Source of the DNA: an uncultured Acidobacteriota bacterium
GTDB lineage: Bacteria; Acidobacteriota; Vicinamibacteria; Vicinamibacterales; CAVVIG01
Length of the DNA: 64,000 nucleotides
Reading direction: 5' to 3'
NCBI GenBank assembly: GCA_963720005.1
Contig: CAVREM010000010.1
Span: 3,471 to 67,470 of the forward strand
The notes under the pieces were generated by a model. It saw only the letters and a program-made list of their open reading frames with translations. It was not told where the DNA came from and did not search any database. Shown one piece after another: positions 9,961 to 21,538 of this stretch. Every line of letters starts with the position of its first letter. The first letter of the stretch is position 1. A program made the translations under genes and the position numbers.

Positions 9961-10909
9961 ATGGCGCGCAGCAATTCGACCAACCTGACGGTGCCCGACG
10001 CCTCGATGAGCCACCTCGAGGCGTCGGATCGTCGATCCCTCGCGCTCAACCTGATCATCTCGCTGCGGCCCGCCCAGTGGACCAAGAACCTCCTGGTCTT
10101 CGCGGCGCTGGTGTTCGCCGAGAAGCTGTTCGACGTCAGGTCGGTCGCCTTGAGCGTCGCGGCCTTCGCGATCTTCTGCGCCCTGTCGGGCGTCGTGTAC
10201 CTGATCAACGACATTGCCGACCGCCGCACCGACCGGGAGCACCCGCTCAAGCGGCGGCGCCCGATCGCCGCGGGTACGTTGCCCGTGCCGGTCGCCGCCA
10301 CCGCCGCGGCGGTGATCGGCGTGGCCTGCGCTCACCGCGGCGTTCGCGCTGAACTGGAAGCTGGGGCTGGTCGCGGCTGGCTACGTCGCGCTGCAGGCGT
10401 TGTATTCCGGTCCGTTGAAGCACATCGTCATCATCGACGTGCTGGCGCTGAGCATCGGCTTCGTTCTGCGCGCCGCGGCGGGAGCGGTGGTCATCAACGT
10501 CGTCGTCAGCCATTGGCTGTTCGTCTGCACGATCCTGCTGGCGATGTTCATCGCGCTGGCGAAGCGGCGCCACGAGCTGGTGCTGCTGGCTGACGGCGCC
10601 GCCAGCCACCGACCGATCCTCGGCGAGTACAGCCCGTACCTGCTGGATCAGATGATTGGCGTCATGACCGCCTCGACGCTGATTGCGTACATCTTTTACA
10701 CGATCAGCCCGGAGACCGCCGAGAAGTTCGGCACCGACCTGCTCGGGTTGACGATTCCCTTTCCCTTGTACGGGATCTTCCGCTACCTGTACCTCGTGCA
10801 CCGACGCGAGGGCGGCGGAAGCCCGGCGGAACTCCTGATCAACGATCGACCGCTGCTCACGTGCGTCATGCTGTGGGTGGCGGCCGTCGTGCTCATCATC
10901 TATGCCTGA
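9961..10909 (+). pseudogene. UbiA-superfamily polyprenyl-phosphate phosphoribosyltransferase (decaprenyl-phosphate 5-phosphoribosyltransferase-like), with one frameshift near 10328
   Basis: LRPAQWTKNLLVFAALVFA...YLINDIADRRTDREHPLKRRRPIAAG (NDxxDxxxD...HPxKxxRPxAxG). It continues in the +1 frame as LTAAFALNWKLGLVAAGYVALQALYSGPLKHIVIIDVL...GEYSPYLLDQM...YLYLVH. It has multiple TM helices. Confidence 0.8.
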
Positions 10910-11810
10910 TTTCAACGTTCGCTCCGACTCGGTCAACGTCGAGCAGATCATGGAGCAGATCCGCGCCCGCATCCGTGAGAAGCGCGGCGTCGACTACACC
11001 GAGCAGGAGATCCGCGAGCTGGCGGCCGTCAAGCTCGAGAAATTCCTCGACCCGCGCGGCGTCCGATCCGATCTGCTCGAGCAGTTCAGGAAGAAGGAAT
11101 CGACGGAGAGCGCGCCGCCGCTGCCCAATTTTGCTTTCAACGATCAGACCCTCTACGAAACGCACCGCGCGCCGATCCTCTGGATTCGCCGCCTGCTCAA
11201 CCCGATCCTGAAGCTCTTCTTCAATCCCAACCCGCTCATCCAGGCGCTGCACATCCAGTCGCAGCTCAATACGATGACCGTCGAGCGCGATGCGGCGCGC
11301 CGGGGGCTCGTCCAGCTGCAGTACGAGGTGCTGCACAACCTGGTGATCGAAACGACTCGGCTGGGCATCGAAGTGAAGAACCTCAAGATGCGGGTCGAGT
11401 CGCTGACGGGTCGCCTCGAATTCAACGAGCGGCGGGCCCGTGCGCTCGAGAGCGTCGTCGTCTACAAGGCGCCCGAGGAGCGGGAAAGACGGCCGCCCCC
11501 GGAACCTGCCGCGGCCCGGCCTGAATCCACCGGGCCGGCGCCCGTCGCTCCGCAGGCAGAAACCAGCGAGGGTCCCGGCCAGCGCAGCCGGCGGCGCCGG
11601 CGGCGGCGTGGACGCCGTGGCGGCGGCCTGGCCGCCTCGATCATGGGAGGGCCGCAGCTGCCGGCGACGTCCGGAGCGGATGAGGAAGCGGCGCGTGAAG
11701 CGGCGGGCGACCATGCGGCGACCGCCGAAACCATCGAGCGCGCGATGCCCGCGGACTCGAGCCCGGGTCCGGAGACCTCGGCGGGCGATCCGGAACACGG
11801 CGAAGAGTGA
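10902..11810 (+). CDS. hypothetical protein with a coiled-coil N-terminal half and a disordered tail containing an Arg run
   Basis: An intact 302-aa ORF that overlaps the upstream gene by 8 nt and the downstream gene by GTGA. VNVEQIMEQIRARIREKRGVDYTEQEIRELAAVKLEKFL...; tail ...GPGQRSRRRRRRRGRRGGG.... I do not recognise a family. Confidence 0.6.
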   Translation: MPDFNVRSDSVNVEQIMEQIRARIREKRGVDYTEQEIRELAAVKLEKFLDPRGVRSDLLEQFRKKESTESAPPLPNFAFNDQTLYETHRAPILWIRRLLNPILKLFFNPNPLIQALHIQSQLNTMTVERDAARRGLVQLQYEVLHNLVIETTRLGIEVKNLKMRVESLTGRLEFNERRARALESVVVYKAPEERERRPPPEPAAARPESTGPAPVAPQAETSEGPGQRSRRRRRRRGRRGGGLAASIMGGPQLPATSGADEEAAREAAGDHAATAETIERAMPADSSPGPETSAGDPEHGEE

Positions 11811-13093
11811 AGCTCGCAGTCGTCGTTCAGCGCTACGGGCTGGCGATCAACGGCGGCGCGGAACTTCACGCGCGATACATCGCCGAACATCTCGCCCGGC
11901 ATGCAGAAGTCGAAGTCCTGACGACGTGCGCCAGCGACTACGTGTCGTGGCGGAACGAGCTGCCCGCGGGCCTGGAGACGATCAACGGCGTGCCGGTGCG
12001 TCGTTTCCGCGTGCGCCACGAACGCGACACGCTCGACTTCGGCCGGCGATCCGATCACGTTTTCAAGAAGCCGCATTCCATCGCCGACGAGCTCGGCTGG
12101 CTCGACGCGGAGGGACCGACCAGCCCGTCGCTCGTACGGTTCATCAGAGGGAATGCGACGCGATACGACTATTTCTTCTTCTTCAGCTATCGCTATTACC
12201 ACGCGTACTACGGAGCTCGCGCGGCGCCGGCGCGAGCCGTGCTGGTGCCGACCGCCGAACGCGACGACGCGATCGGATTGTCGATCTTCCCGGCGATCTT
12301 CCGCGGCGTCCGCGCCATCATGTACAACTCGCCGGAAGAGCGCGCGATGATCGAAGCGATCACGGCGAACCAGCAGGTTCCCTCGGTCGTGGTCGGGATC
12401 GGCTCTGAAGTGCCGGCGAACCCGCAGCCGGGGCGGTTCCGCCAGAAATTCAACGTGCGCGGCCCGTTCGCGGTCTACGTCGGCCGCATCGACGAAAACA
12501 AGGGCTGCAGGGAACTCTTCGAGGGGTTCGCGGAATACGTCCGGAACGGATCGACCCCGCTGTCACTGGTCCTGATCGGCAACTCGATGCTGCCGATTCC
12601 GCAACACCCCAGGATCCGGCACCTCGGGTTCCTCGACGACGGCGACAAGTTCGACGCGATCGCGGCGGCGGAACTGCTCGTGATGCCCTCGTACTTCGAG
12701 AGCCTCTCGATGGTGGCGCTCGAGGCCTGGGCGCTCGGGCGGCCCATCCTGGCGAACGCGAAGTGCGACGTGCTGAAGGGCCAGTCGATTCGCAGCAACG
12801 CCGGCCTCTATTACGAGAATCGCGCCGAATTCATCGGGACGCTCGGGGCGCTGGAGCGGAACCGGTGGCTGAGCGCGACGCTCGGCCGGAACGGCCGTCA
12901 GTTCTTCCGCGAGCACTACGACTGGCCGGTGATCGAGCGGAAGTACCTCGACATGATCGCGCGGCTGACGAATGCGCCGGCGGGTTCCGGGATCGAACCG
13001 CTGCCCGGCTGGCTGGCCAGGCGCCGGCAGGACCGTCCCGCGGCGAGCGACGTGGTCTCGCTCCCTTGCCTCGGGGCCTGTCATCCGGAGTGA
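11807..13093 (+). CDS. GT4-family (GT-B fold) glycosyltransferase, paralog A
   Basis: An intact 428-aa ORF: MKLAVVVQRYGLAINGGAELHARY...; C-terminal motif MPSYFESLSMVALEAWALGRPILA (E-x7-E). It is paralogous to 15511..16866. Confidence 0.8.
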   Translation: MKLAVVVQRYGLAINGGAELHARYIAEHLARHAEVEVLTTCASDYVSWRNELPAGLETINGVPVRRFRVRHERDTLDFGRRSDHVFKKPHSIADELGWLDAEGPTSPSLVRFIRGNATRYDYFFFFSYRYYHAYYGARAAPARAVLVPTAERDDAIGLSIFPAIFRGVRAIMYNSPEERAMIEAITANQQVPSVVVGIGSEVPANPQPGRFRQKFNVRGPFAVYVGRIDENKGCRELFEGFAEYVRNGSTPLSLVLIGNSMLPIPQHPRIRHLGFLDDGDKFDAIAAAELLVMPSYFESLSMVALEAWALGRPILANAKCDVLKGQSIRSNAGLYYENRAEFIGTLGALERNRWLSATLGRNGRQFFREHYDWPVIERKYLDMIARLTNAPAGSGIEPLPGWLARRRQDRPAASDVVSLPCLGACHPE

Positions 13094-13239
13094 ACCCTCG
13101 AGCGCACCGTATGCGCCCGCCCCACGGCCGCCGGCACCGCCCCAACGGCGGTTCGGATCCGAGCGCGGGCAGGGTCACAGGCACCGGCGCGGATTTCAGC
13201 CACGCTCGTCACGCACGCCCGCAGCGGCCAGGTGGCGCG

Positions 13240-14459
13240 TGAGCCCTTCGACTTCGCTCAGGGCAGGACGCCCGGCGGTCCATCAGGTCCTGGCGACACT
13301 CGGCTACGGCGACGCCATCGGCCACGAGGTCCTCGGGATCCAGCGCGTGCTGCGCGCGGCCGGCTACGAATCCGACATCTTCGTCGAAACCGCCGAACGG
13401 ATGCTCGAGCCGTTGACCCGCGATTATCGCGAGCTGGTCGACGCCTCGCACCCCGACCACCTGCTGCTGCACCACTTTGCGATCGGATCGAAGGCGTCGC
13501 GCGCCGCGTTCGCCCTGCCCGATCGGATGGCGCTCATCTATCACAACATCACGCCCCCCGAGTACTTCATCGGCGTGCACCGGACGCTGGTCGGGCAGTG
13601 CTTCCGGGGACGCCGGGAGCTCCGCGCGTACGTTCCGCGGTGCGAGCTCGCGCTCGGCGACTCGGAGTTCAACCGCCAGGATCTCGAAGCGCTCGGCTTT
13701 CCGAGAACCGGCGTCCTGCCGGTCGTCCCGGACTTCTCGCATCTCGACCGCGAACCGAACCGGTTCGTCGCCGATCAGCTCGACGACGACTGGACGAACA
13801 TCCTGTTCGTCGGCCGGGTGATCGCCAACAAGAAGATCGAGAACGTGATCCGCTTCTTTCACGCGTATCACACCGTCTTCAACCCGCGATCGCGGCTGAT
13901 CATCGTCGGGATGTACAACCTGTTCGAGCGGTATCTCGCGGGCCTGACCCACCTGGCGGCGGAGCTCGGACTGTCCCACGTGCACTTCACCGGGCACATC
14001 TCGAACGAGGAGCTGGTCGCCTACTACGAAATCGCCGACCTCTTCCTTTGCGCCAGCGAACACGAGGGCTTCTGCGTACCGCTCGTCGAAGCGTTCTACA
14101 AGCAGGTGCCGGTCCTGGCCTACGCCGCGACCGCGGTGCCCGGCACGATGGATGGCGCCGGCGTGCTGTTCGACGACTCGACCCCGCTCCACGTCGCGCG
14201 CCTGATGGATGCGATCCTGTCCAAACCGCAGCTTCAGGACGCGATCGTCGAAGGACAGCTCGCCGCGGTGCGCCGCCTTCAGGCGAAGGATTTTTCCGGA
14301 ACGCTGCTCGGGTTCGTCGATCGCATCCTGCATGGGCCGCGCACGCCCCTGCCGAGGGTGGCGCCCGATTTCTGGCGGCAGTTCGATGAGGCCGAAGCGC
14401 TCGACGAAATACGGAAGTTCCGGCCGGCGGCGTTCAAGCGGCTGCCCGAGGCGCGATGA
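13240..14459 (+). CDS. GT4-family glycosyltransferase, paralog B (start uncertain)
   Basis: HQVLATLGYGDAIGHEVLGIQRVL...IYHNITPPEYF...FVGRVIANKKIE...ASEHEGFCVPLVEAFYKQVPVLA. There is no ATG near the conserved N-terminus. The GTG at 13240 is the nearest in-frame start. The upstream part of ORF 12972.. is Arg/Pro-rich and does not look coding. Confidence 0.7.
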
Positions 14460-15514
14460 TCGTCAACCAGTGGCTGCCCGCGGCGCACCGCGGCGATGCG
14501 ATCGGCGACGGCGCGCGCCGCCTGCGCGATCTGCTCCGCGGCATGGGGCACGACGCGGAGCTCTATGCCCTCACGGTCGACGAGGATCTGGCGGCCGAGG
14601 TGCGGCCATTCAGCGACCCGCGGGCCGGGGCCGGCGACGTCACGATCTTCCACTTCGCCCTGCCCGCTCCGGTGATGACCGACGCGTTCGCGAAGCTCCG
14701 CTCGGGCCGGGCGCTGCTCTATCACAACATCACCCCCGCTGCGTACTTCGCGCCGCACGATCCCGCCCTGTTCCGGCTGGCGGTCATCGCTCGCCAGGAA
14801 CTGGCGTCGCTGGCCGGGCGCGTCGACGTGGCGCTCGGCGTCTCCGAGTTCAATCGCCGCGAGCTCGAGGCACTCGGCTTCCGCCCGACAGGCGTGCTGC
14901 CGCTGGCGATAGACCTGTCGCGCGTCAGGCGGCCGGTCGACCGGCCCGCGCTTGACAGGCTCCTGGACGACGACTTCGTCAATTTCCTGTTCGTCGGACG
15001 GATTGCGCCGAATAAGAAGATCGAAGATCTCATTCGCCTCGGCGAGCACTACAAGCGCTACGTGGACGCTTATTACCGCTTCATCTTCGTGGGGCGTTAC
15101 GATGCGGTGCCGCGCTATTATTCGACAGTCCGGGCGCTCATGGCCGAGTTCCGGCTGCTCGACGAGCGCTTCGTCTTCACCGGCCCGGTCTCCGACGAGG
15201 ATCTCGCCATCTACTACCGCAGCGCCGCCGTCTACATCTCGATGAGCGAGCACGAAGGCTTTTGCGCCCCGCTCGTCGAGGCCATGGCCGCGGATGTGCC
15301 CGTTCTGGCGTACGCCGCAGCGGCGGTGCCGGAAACACTCGGCGGCGCCGGCGTGCAGTTCGCCCCGAAAGACCTCGAGTACGTCGCCGAACTTGCCGCC
15401 GCGCTCACCTACGACGACGATCTGCGCGCGGACGTGATCGCCGGCCAGCGGCGGCGGCTGCTCGACTTCGGCGACGATCGAATCGTCGCCAGCCTGGCCG
15501 CGGTGCTCGGATGA
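14456..15514 (+). CDS. GT4-family glycosyltransferase, paralog B'
   Basis: An intact 352-aa ORF with ATGA overlaps at both ends. NQWLPAAHRGDAIGDGARRLRDLL...LYHNITPAAYF...FVGRIAPNKKIE...MSEHEGFCAPLVEAMAADVPVLA. Confidence 0.8.
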   Translation: MIVNQWLPAAHRGDAIGDGARRLRDLLRGMGHDAELYALTVDEDLAAEVRPFSDPRAGAGDVTIFHFALPAPVMTDAFAKLRSGRALLYHNITPAAYFAPHDPALFRLAVIARQELASLAGRVDVALGVSEFNRRELEALGFRPTGVLPLAIDLSRVRRPVDRPALDRLLDDDFVNFLFVGRIAPNKKIEDLIRLGEHYKRYVDAYYRFIFVGRYDAVPRYYSTVRALMAEFRLLDERFVFTGPVSDEDLAIYYRSAAVYISMSEHEGFCAPLVEAMAADVPVLAYAAAAVPETLGGAGVQFAPKDLEYVAELAAALTYDDDLRADVIAGQRRRLLDFGDDRIVASLAAVLG

Positions 15515-16866
15515 AGCTCGCGATTGTCATCCAGCGCTACGGCGCGGAGGTCCTCGGCGGATCCGAGCATCTGTGCCGGCTGCTGGCTGAACGGCTCTCG
15601 GCCCAGCACGACGTCGAGGTGCTCACGACCTGCGCCCGCGATTATCAGACGTGGAAGAACGAGTACCCCGAGGGATCCGACCGGATTCGCGGCGTCACAA
15701 TCCGCCGGTTTGCCAACTCGACGACCAGGGATATCGAGGCCTTCAACCGCTACTCGGACTGGATCTACCACCAGCCGCACACCCGCGCGGACGAGATGGA
15801 GTGGCTGAAGCAGCAGGGTCCGTGGTGTCCGGGCCTCATCGAATACCTGCGGCGCCATCAGCAGGAGTTCGACGTCCTCGTGTTCTTCACGTATCTGTAC
15901 GCGCCGACCGTCCTGGGTCTCGAAGTCAATCCCGGCAAGAGCGTGCTGGTGTCGACCGCGCACGACGAGCCCGCGATCAAGCTCGAGATCTTCAAGGAGG
16001 TGTTCGGACGTCCGGCGGCGATCTGCTATCTCACGGAGAGCGAACGGCGATTCGTGCAGGGCCAGTTCGTCGAACGTCCGCTCCTCGAGGACGTCATCGG
16101 CGTCGGCGTCGATCTTCCCCAGCAGCAGCCTTACCCGCGCATGCCCTCAACGCCCGACGAGGAAACGGGGTCGAGCGAATCGTCTGCGACAAGCGGATCC
16201 AGTGAGGCCGGCGAGGCGCGGGTCGCAAGCGGTGGCCCAGGCGATGCGGGAAACTCGGACCCGCCAGACGATGAGACCGCGGCGCGGGACTATCCCTCGC
16301 ACCTCCTCAGCCGCGGATCCGTCTTTCGGCGCCGGCACCGGTTGCACGGGCCGGTCCTTCTCTATGGCGGACGCATCGACCCCGGCAAGGGATGCGAGGA
16401 GCTGATCGAATACTTCAACGGCTACATCAAGGACGGCGGCGACGCCACACTCGCCCTGATGGGCGTGAAGATGATGACGCTGCCGGAGGAGCCGCACGTC
16501 CGCTTCGCCGGTCTCCTGTCGGATGCAGAACGGCTCCAGGCACTCGAGGCCGCGACCGTGGTTTCGTGCCCGTCGCCCTACGAGAGCCTCTCGCTTCTGG
16601 CCCTGGAAGCGCTCTCGGTTGGTACGCCGATCCTGGCCAACGCCCGGAGCGCCGTGCTCGTCGATCACTGCGTCAAGAGCAATGGGGGCTTGTATTACGC
16701 GGACCGCGACGAGTTCATCGAGTGCCTGAAGCTGCTCGTTTCGGATTCGCGGCTGCGGGCGGCGCTCGGCCGCAACGGGCGGGATTACATCCGCCGCAGC
16801 TACCGCTGGGACGTCGTGCTCGGAAAGTACGAGCGGATCTTCGCGAAGGTCCGGAACGCCCGGTAG
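15511..16866 (+). CDS. GT4-family glycosyltransferase, paralog A', with an acidic/Ser-rich insert
   Basis: The ATG at 15511 (ATGA overlap) gives MKLAIVIQRYGAEVLGGSEHLCRL...; insert ...PDEETGSSESSATSGSSEAGEARVASGGPGDAGNSDPPDDE...; CPSPYESLSLLALEALSVGTPILA. Confidence 0.8.
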   Translation: MKLAIVIQRYGAEVLGGSEHLCRLLAERLSAQHDVEVLTTCARDYQTWKNEYPEGSDRIRGVTIRRFANSTTRDIEAFNRYSDWIYHQPHTRADEMEWLKQQGPWCPGLIEYLRRHQQEFDVLVFFTYLYAPTVLGLEVNPGKSVLVSTAHDEPAIKLEIFKEVFGRPAAICYLTESERRFVQGQFVERPLLEDVIGVGVDLPQQQPYPRMPSTPDEETGSSESSATSGSSEAGEARVASGGPGDAGNSDPPDDETAARDYPSHLLSRGSVFRRRHRLHGPVLLYGGRIDPGKGCEELIEYFNGYIKDGGDATLALMGVKMMTLPEEPHVRFAGLLSDAERLQALEAATVVSCPSPYESLSLLALEALSVGTPILANARSAVLVDHCVKSNGGLYYADRDEFIECLKLLVSDSRLRAALGRNGRDYIRRSYRWDVVLGKYERIFAKVRNAR

Positions 16867-16887
16867 CCCCGGACGGTCCAGAGCGGC

Positions 16888-18393
<1,506 letters not shown>

Positions 18394-18404
18394 GTCTCTT
18401 TCTG

Positions 18405-18480
18405 GTCCGGCATCAGCCGGACACTCCCCATCACCGTCCGGCTGAAGCCGGACAGTCCTGGCAGTCCGGCTACAGCCGGA
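18405..18480. repeat. three tandem copies of a 7-bp-stem, 4-nt-loop hairpin in the kinase-regulator spacer
   Basis: GTCCGGC-atca-GCCGGAC (18405-18422), GTCCGGC-tgaa-GCCGGAC (18436-18453) and GTCCGGC-taca-GCCGGAC (18463-18480). The last copy overlaps the kinase stop codon. Confidence 0.85.
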
Positions 18481-21353
18481 CGCTTCGTACATCCGAAGAG
18501 CGGCTCACGAGCGGGAACGACAGGATGAAGCGGGTTCCCTGCCCGACCGCGCTGTCGCAGCGAATCGTGCCTTCGTGCTCGTGGACGATCCCGTAACTGA
18601 TCGACAGGCCCAGCCCGGTGCCGCGGCCAATCGCCTTGGTCGTGAAGAAGGGGTCGTAGATGCGAGCGAGCTGCTCCGACGGGATGCCCGATCCGGTATC
18701 AGCGACCTCGGCAACGAGCTGATCGCCGTCGACGCGGGTCGTCACCGTCAGCCAGCCGCCCCGCGGCATCGCATCGCGCGCGTTCAGGAACAGGTTCAGG
18801 AACACCTGCTGCAGCTGGTGCTCGATGCCCTGGACGATCGCCGGCTCCGCCGTCAGCTCGCGCCTCACGCGGATCTTCCCTACCTCGAACTGGTGCTCGA
18901 GCAGCGAGAACACATCCGTGACGACCATGTTGAGTTCGACGTCCGTGCGCTCGCCGCCGGGCGTGCCGGGGCGCGACAGCGTCAGCAGTCCGTTCACGAT
19001 CTTCGCGGCGCGGAACGTCTGGCGCTCGATCTTCTCGAGGAGCGCGGTCTTGGGATCGGCGGGATCGGCGCCGTCCAGGAGCATCTGCGTGAAGCTCGAA
19101 ATCCCGGTCAGCGGCGTGTTCACCTCGTGGGCCACGCCCGCGGCGAGCAGGCCGATCGACGCCATCTTTTCCGAGATTTGCAGCTGCTCCTCGAGGCGGA
19201 TCCGGTCGGTGATGTCCTCGATGAGGAGAATCGTGCCGGTGAAGGCATCACCGGGAGTGTTCTGCAGCGGCACCACGGTCGCGTTGACGAGCAGTCGCGC
19301 CGCTTCGCCGTCGGATCCTTCGGCCTTGCCGCCGGCTGGTCAGCGGCACCTTGAAGAGCGTCGTGCCGTGGGGGTTCTCCTCGCGGGCGGCCCGCAGCGC
19401 CTCGACGAACGGCGCGTCGAAGATCCCGGCGAGCGGCCGCCCGACGGCGTCGGCCCGCGCGACGCCGTACGACGACTCGAGCGCCCGGTTCCAGCGCACG
19501 ATCTGCTCCCCGGCGTCGAACACCACGAGGCCATCGTCGAGCGACTCGAGGATGTTCTCGTTGAACTCGCGCATCCGGCCGATTTCTTCGGCCTTGAGGT
19601 GCAGCTGCCGGTAGAGGCGGCCGTTTTCGATGGCCGTGGCGACCTGCCCGGCGACCGCGTTGAGCAGCCCGAGATCCTCGCTGTTGAACGGCTCGTCGCT
19701 GTCCTTGCGCCCGAGCGCGAGCACGGCGATCGCCGCGCCTTCGAAAATGCACGGGACGAAGTAGTAGATCCCCTGGTCGCGCCAGAACTCCACCTCTTCG
19801 GCAGCGAATCGAGCGGCCGCGATCGGATCGTCGAGTGCGACGGTATGGCCGGAATCGAGCCGCGGAACCAGCGTCGACTCGCGTGTCAGCCGTGGCACCG
19901 GCCGCACGAATCCGAAGTCGCCGATCGTTCGAAAGTCGCCCAGGCGCTCGTCGGCGAGCATCAGCGCCATTCGATCGAGCACGAGGGTCTCGACGATGCG
20001 CGAGACCAGGCGCTGGCTGAGCCGAACGACGTCGAGGTCGCTGTTCAGGTCGCGGGCGAAGGCGACGAGCGCGCGCCGGTAATCGTAGCGATCGCGATAG
20101 AACACGCGGTCCAGGGCGTTCTGGACGGCTTCCTTGACGGGCTGGGCCAGCAACACGACCACGGCCGTTGCCAGGACGGCAACGATCGAATTACGGGAAT
20201 CGGTATCGTTGGCAAACACGAACTCGACAAGCTGCTGCATCGCCACGTACAACAGCGCACTCGCTGCCAGGAACGACGTATAAACGAGGGACCGCTTGAT
20301 GATCACCTCGATGTCGCGCAGCCGGTAGCGCACGATCGCGGACGCGAAGGTCAATGGCACGACGCTCAGCGGGACGGCCGTGAGCTGGAGCGCAATCGGC
20401 GGTTCGGCGCCGAGCGACCAGGGGAGCGCGTATCCGACCGCGAAGGGCCCGACTCCAAGCACCGTGCCCCACGCCAGCCACCGCAGTTGCCGCCGGCCGG
20501 TCAACGACGTGATTTCACTGAATGCCCGTGCGAGCACGGCGACCGCCGCCGCGGCGCACCCGAAGAGGTAGACGGGCTCGGCACGATCCAGCAGATCCAC
20601 CGCACGCGACAGCAGGGCGCCGTCCTGACGGCTGCCCGCGACCATCAGAATGCGCGCCGCAATGAGGGCGATCGCGGGCAGGTAGACGAACGGCAGCACC
20701 GCCTGCACCGGCCGCGTCGTGCGCCACGGCGGGCGTTGCGGGAATCCCAGCGTGAAATGCAGGAGCAGTGGTGGCAGCAACGCCTGGGCGACGGCGTCGC
20801 CCCAGTAGAACGTCCAGTCGAGCGGATCGAACGGGCCGTTGAAGGAAAACGTGAACGCGCCAAAGAAGGCGACGCACAGCCAGAAGAAATGCAGCGTCGC
20901 CTGATCGTGGGGTCGTCGAAGCCGGACCCCGGCGCCAACGAGCAGCGTGAAGAGGCCGACCGCCGCCAGGACGAAATACATCGATCCCGGCGGTGCTACA
21001 GGCTCGAGCGTCACATCGAGCGCCCGCTGATCGCCGAGTCGCAGCAGCGTGTAGGTGAGACGTGATCCTTCCTGGGCCCGGTGCTGGTACTCGAGGACTT
21101 CCGCTCGCGATTCGACCGGGTCGCCGTTCACGGCGACGAGCACGTCACCGCGCTCGATCCCGGCCTTGCCGGCGGCGGTGTCGGCCGCCACTTCAACAGC
21201 CGTGACACCTTCCGAGCGCTCGACCCACAACACGCCGTCTTCCACTTCGTGCAGCCGCGCCCGGGTCGCGATGTTGGCGATGCCCAGCGCCATCAGGATC
21301 GCGGCGACGATGCCTATGGCCGACGAACGGATCAGAGCGGACACGTCACGCAT
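18470..21353 (-). pseudogene. sensor histidine kinase (PDZ, polytopic membrane region, GAF, PAS, HisKA, HATPase), with one frameshift near 19335
   Basis: The N-terminus has a TM helix then a PDZ-like segment (VTAVEVAADTAAGKAGIERGDVLVAVNGDPV), followed by about 8 predicted TM helices. Then a GAF-like region (LVLDRMALMLAD...AIAVLALGRK...VAGQVATAIENGRLY) and a PAS region (NENILESLDDGLVVFDAGEQIVRWN). After the shift: H-box LAAGVAHEVNTPLTGI, N-box FLNARDAM, DTGSGIP, GTGLGLSISYGIV. Confidence 0.88.
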
Positions 21354-21389
21354 GGATGTGCTTCAGGAGCGTCCCCGACCGGGCGAAAT

Positions 21390-21406
21390 AGCAAACGTCA
21401 TACCCC
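21390..21406 (-). promoter_or_regulatory. candidate sigma-54 (-24/-12) promoter upstream of the kinase gene
   Basis: The minus strand reads gGGtAtGacgtTTGCt, versus the consensus TGGCACG-N4-TTGCW. GG and GC have the correct 12-nt register. The site is about 38 nt upstream of the kinase ATG (21353). Confidence 0.35.
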
Positions 21407-21538
21407 GTACCGGATTGTTGGATCCCACCTAAATCACTGAAAAAACGATATTTTAGCGGCATGAACCAGGCCGGGAATCCAGACTGGTCCAAATTCGCGT
21501 AGAGCGACTTCAATATTATGGATCGAGAAGCCCGGCGC

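Noticed and set aside
12972-13239. N-terminal extensions offered by the ORF track: 12972.. for GT4 paralog B, 15262.. for A', 2432..4312 for purB, 23487..25025 for the secreted protein, 47309.. and 48223..
   Set aside because: The extensions are Arg/Pro-rich, overlap the preceding gene or intergenic hairpins, and paralog or ortholog N-termini align to the internal starts chosen above.
18825-21065. Very long ORFs antisense to real genes: 18825..21065 (746 aa), 16981..18528, 1186..2547, 29517..30917, 40246..41853, 54645..55664 and many others in the track.
   Set aside because: These are Arg/Ala/Gly/Pro-rich shadow ORFs typical of high-GC DNA. Each lies opposite a gene with clear family motifs and has no motifs of its own.
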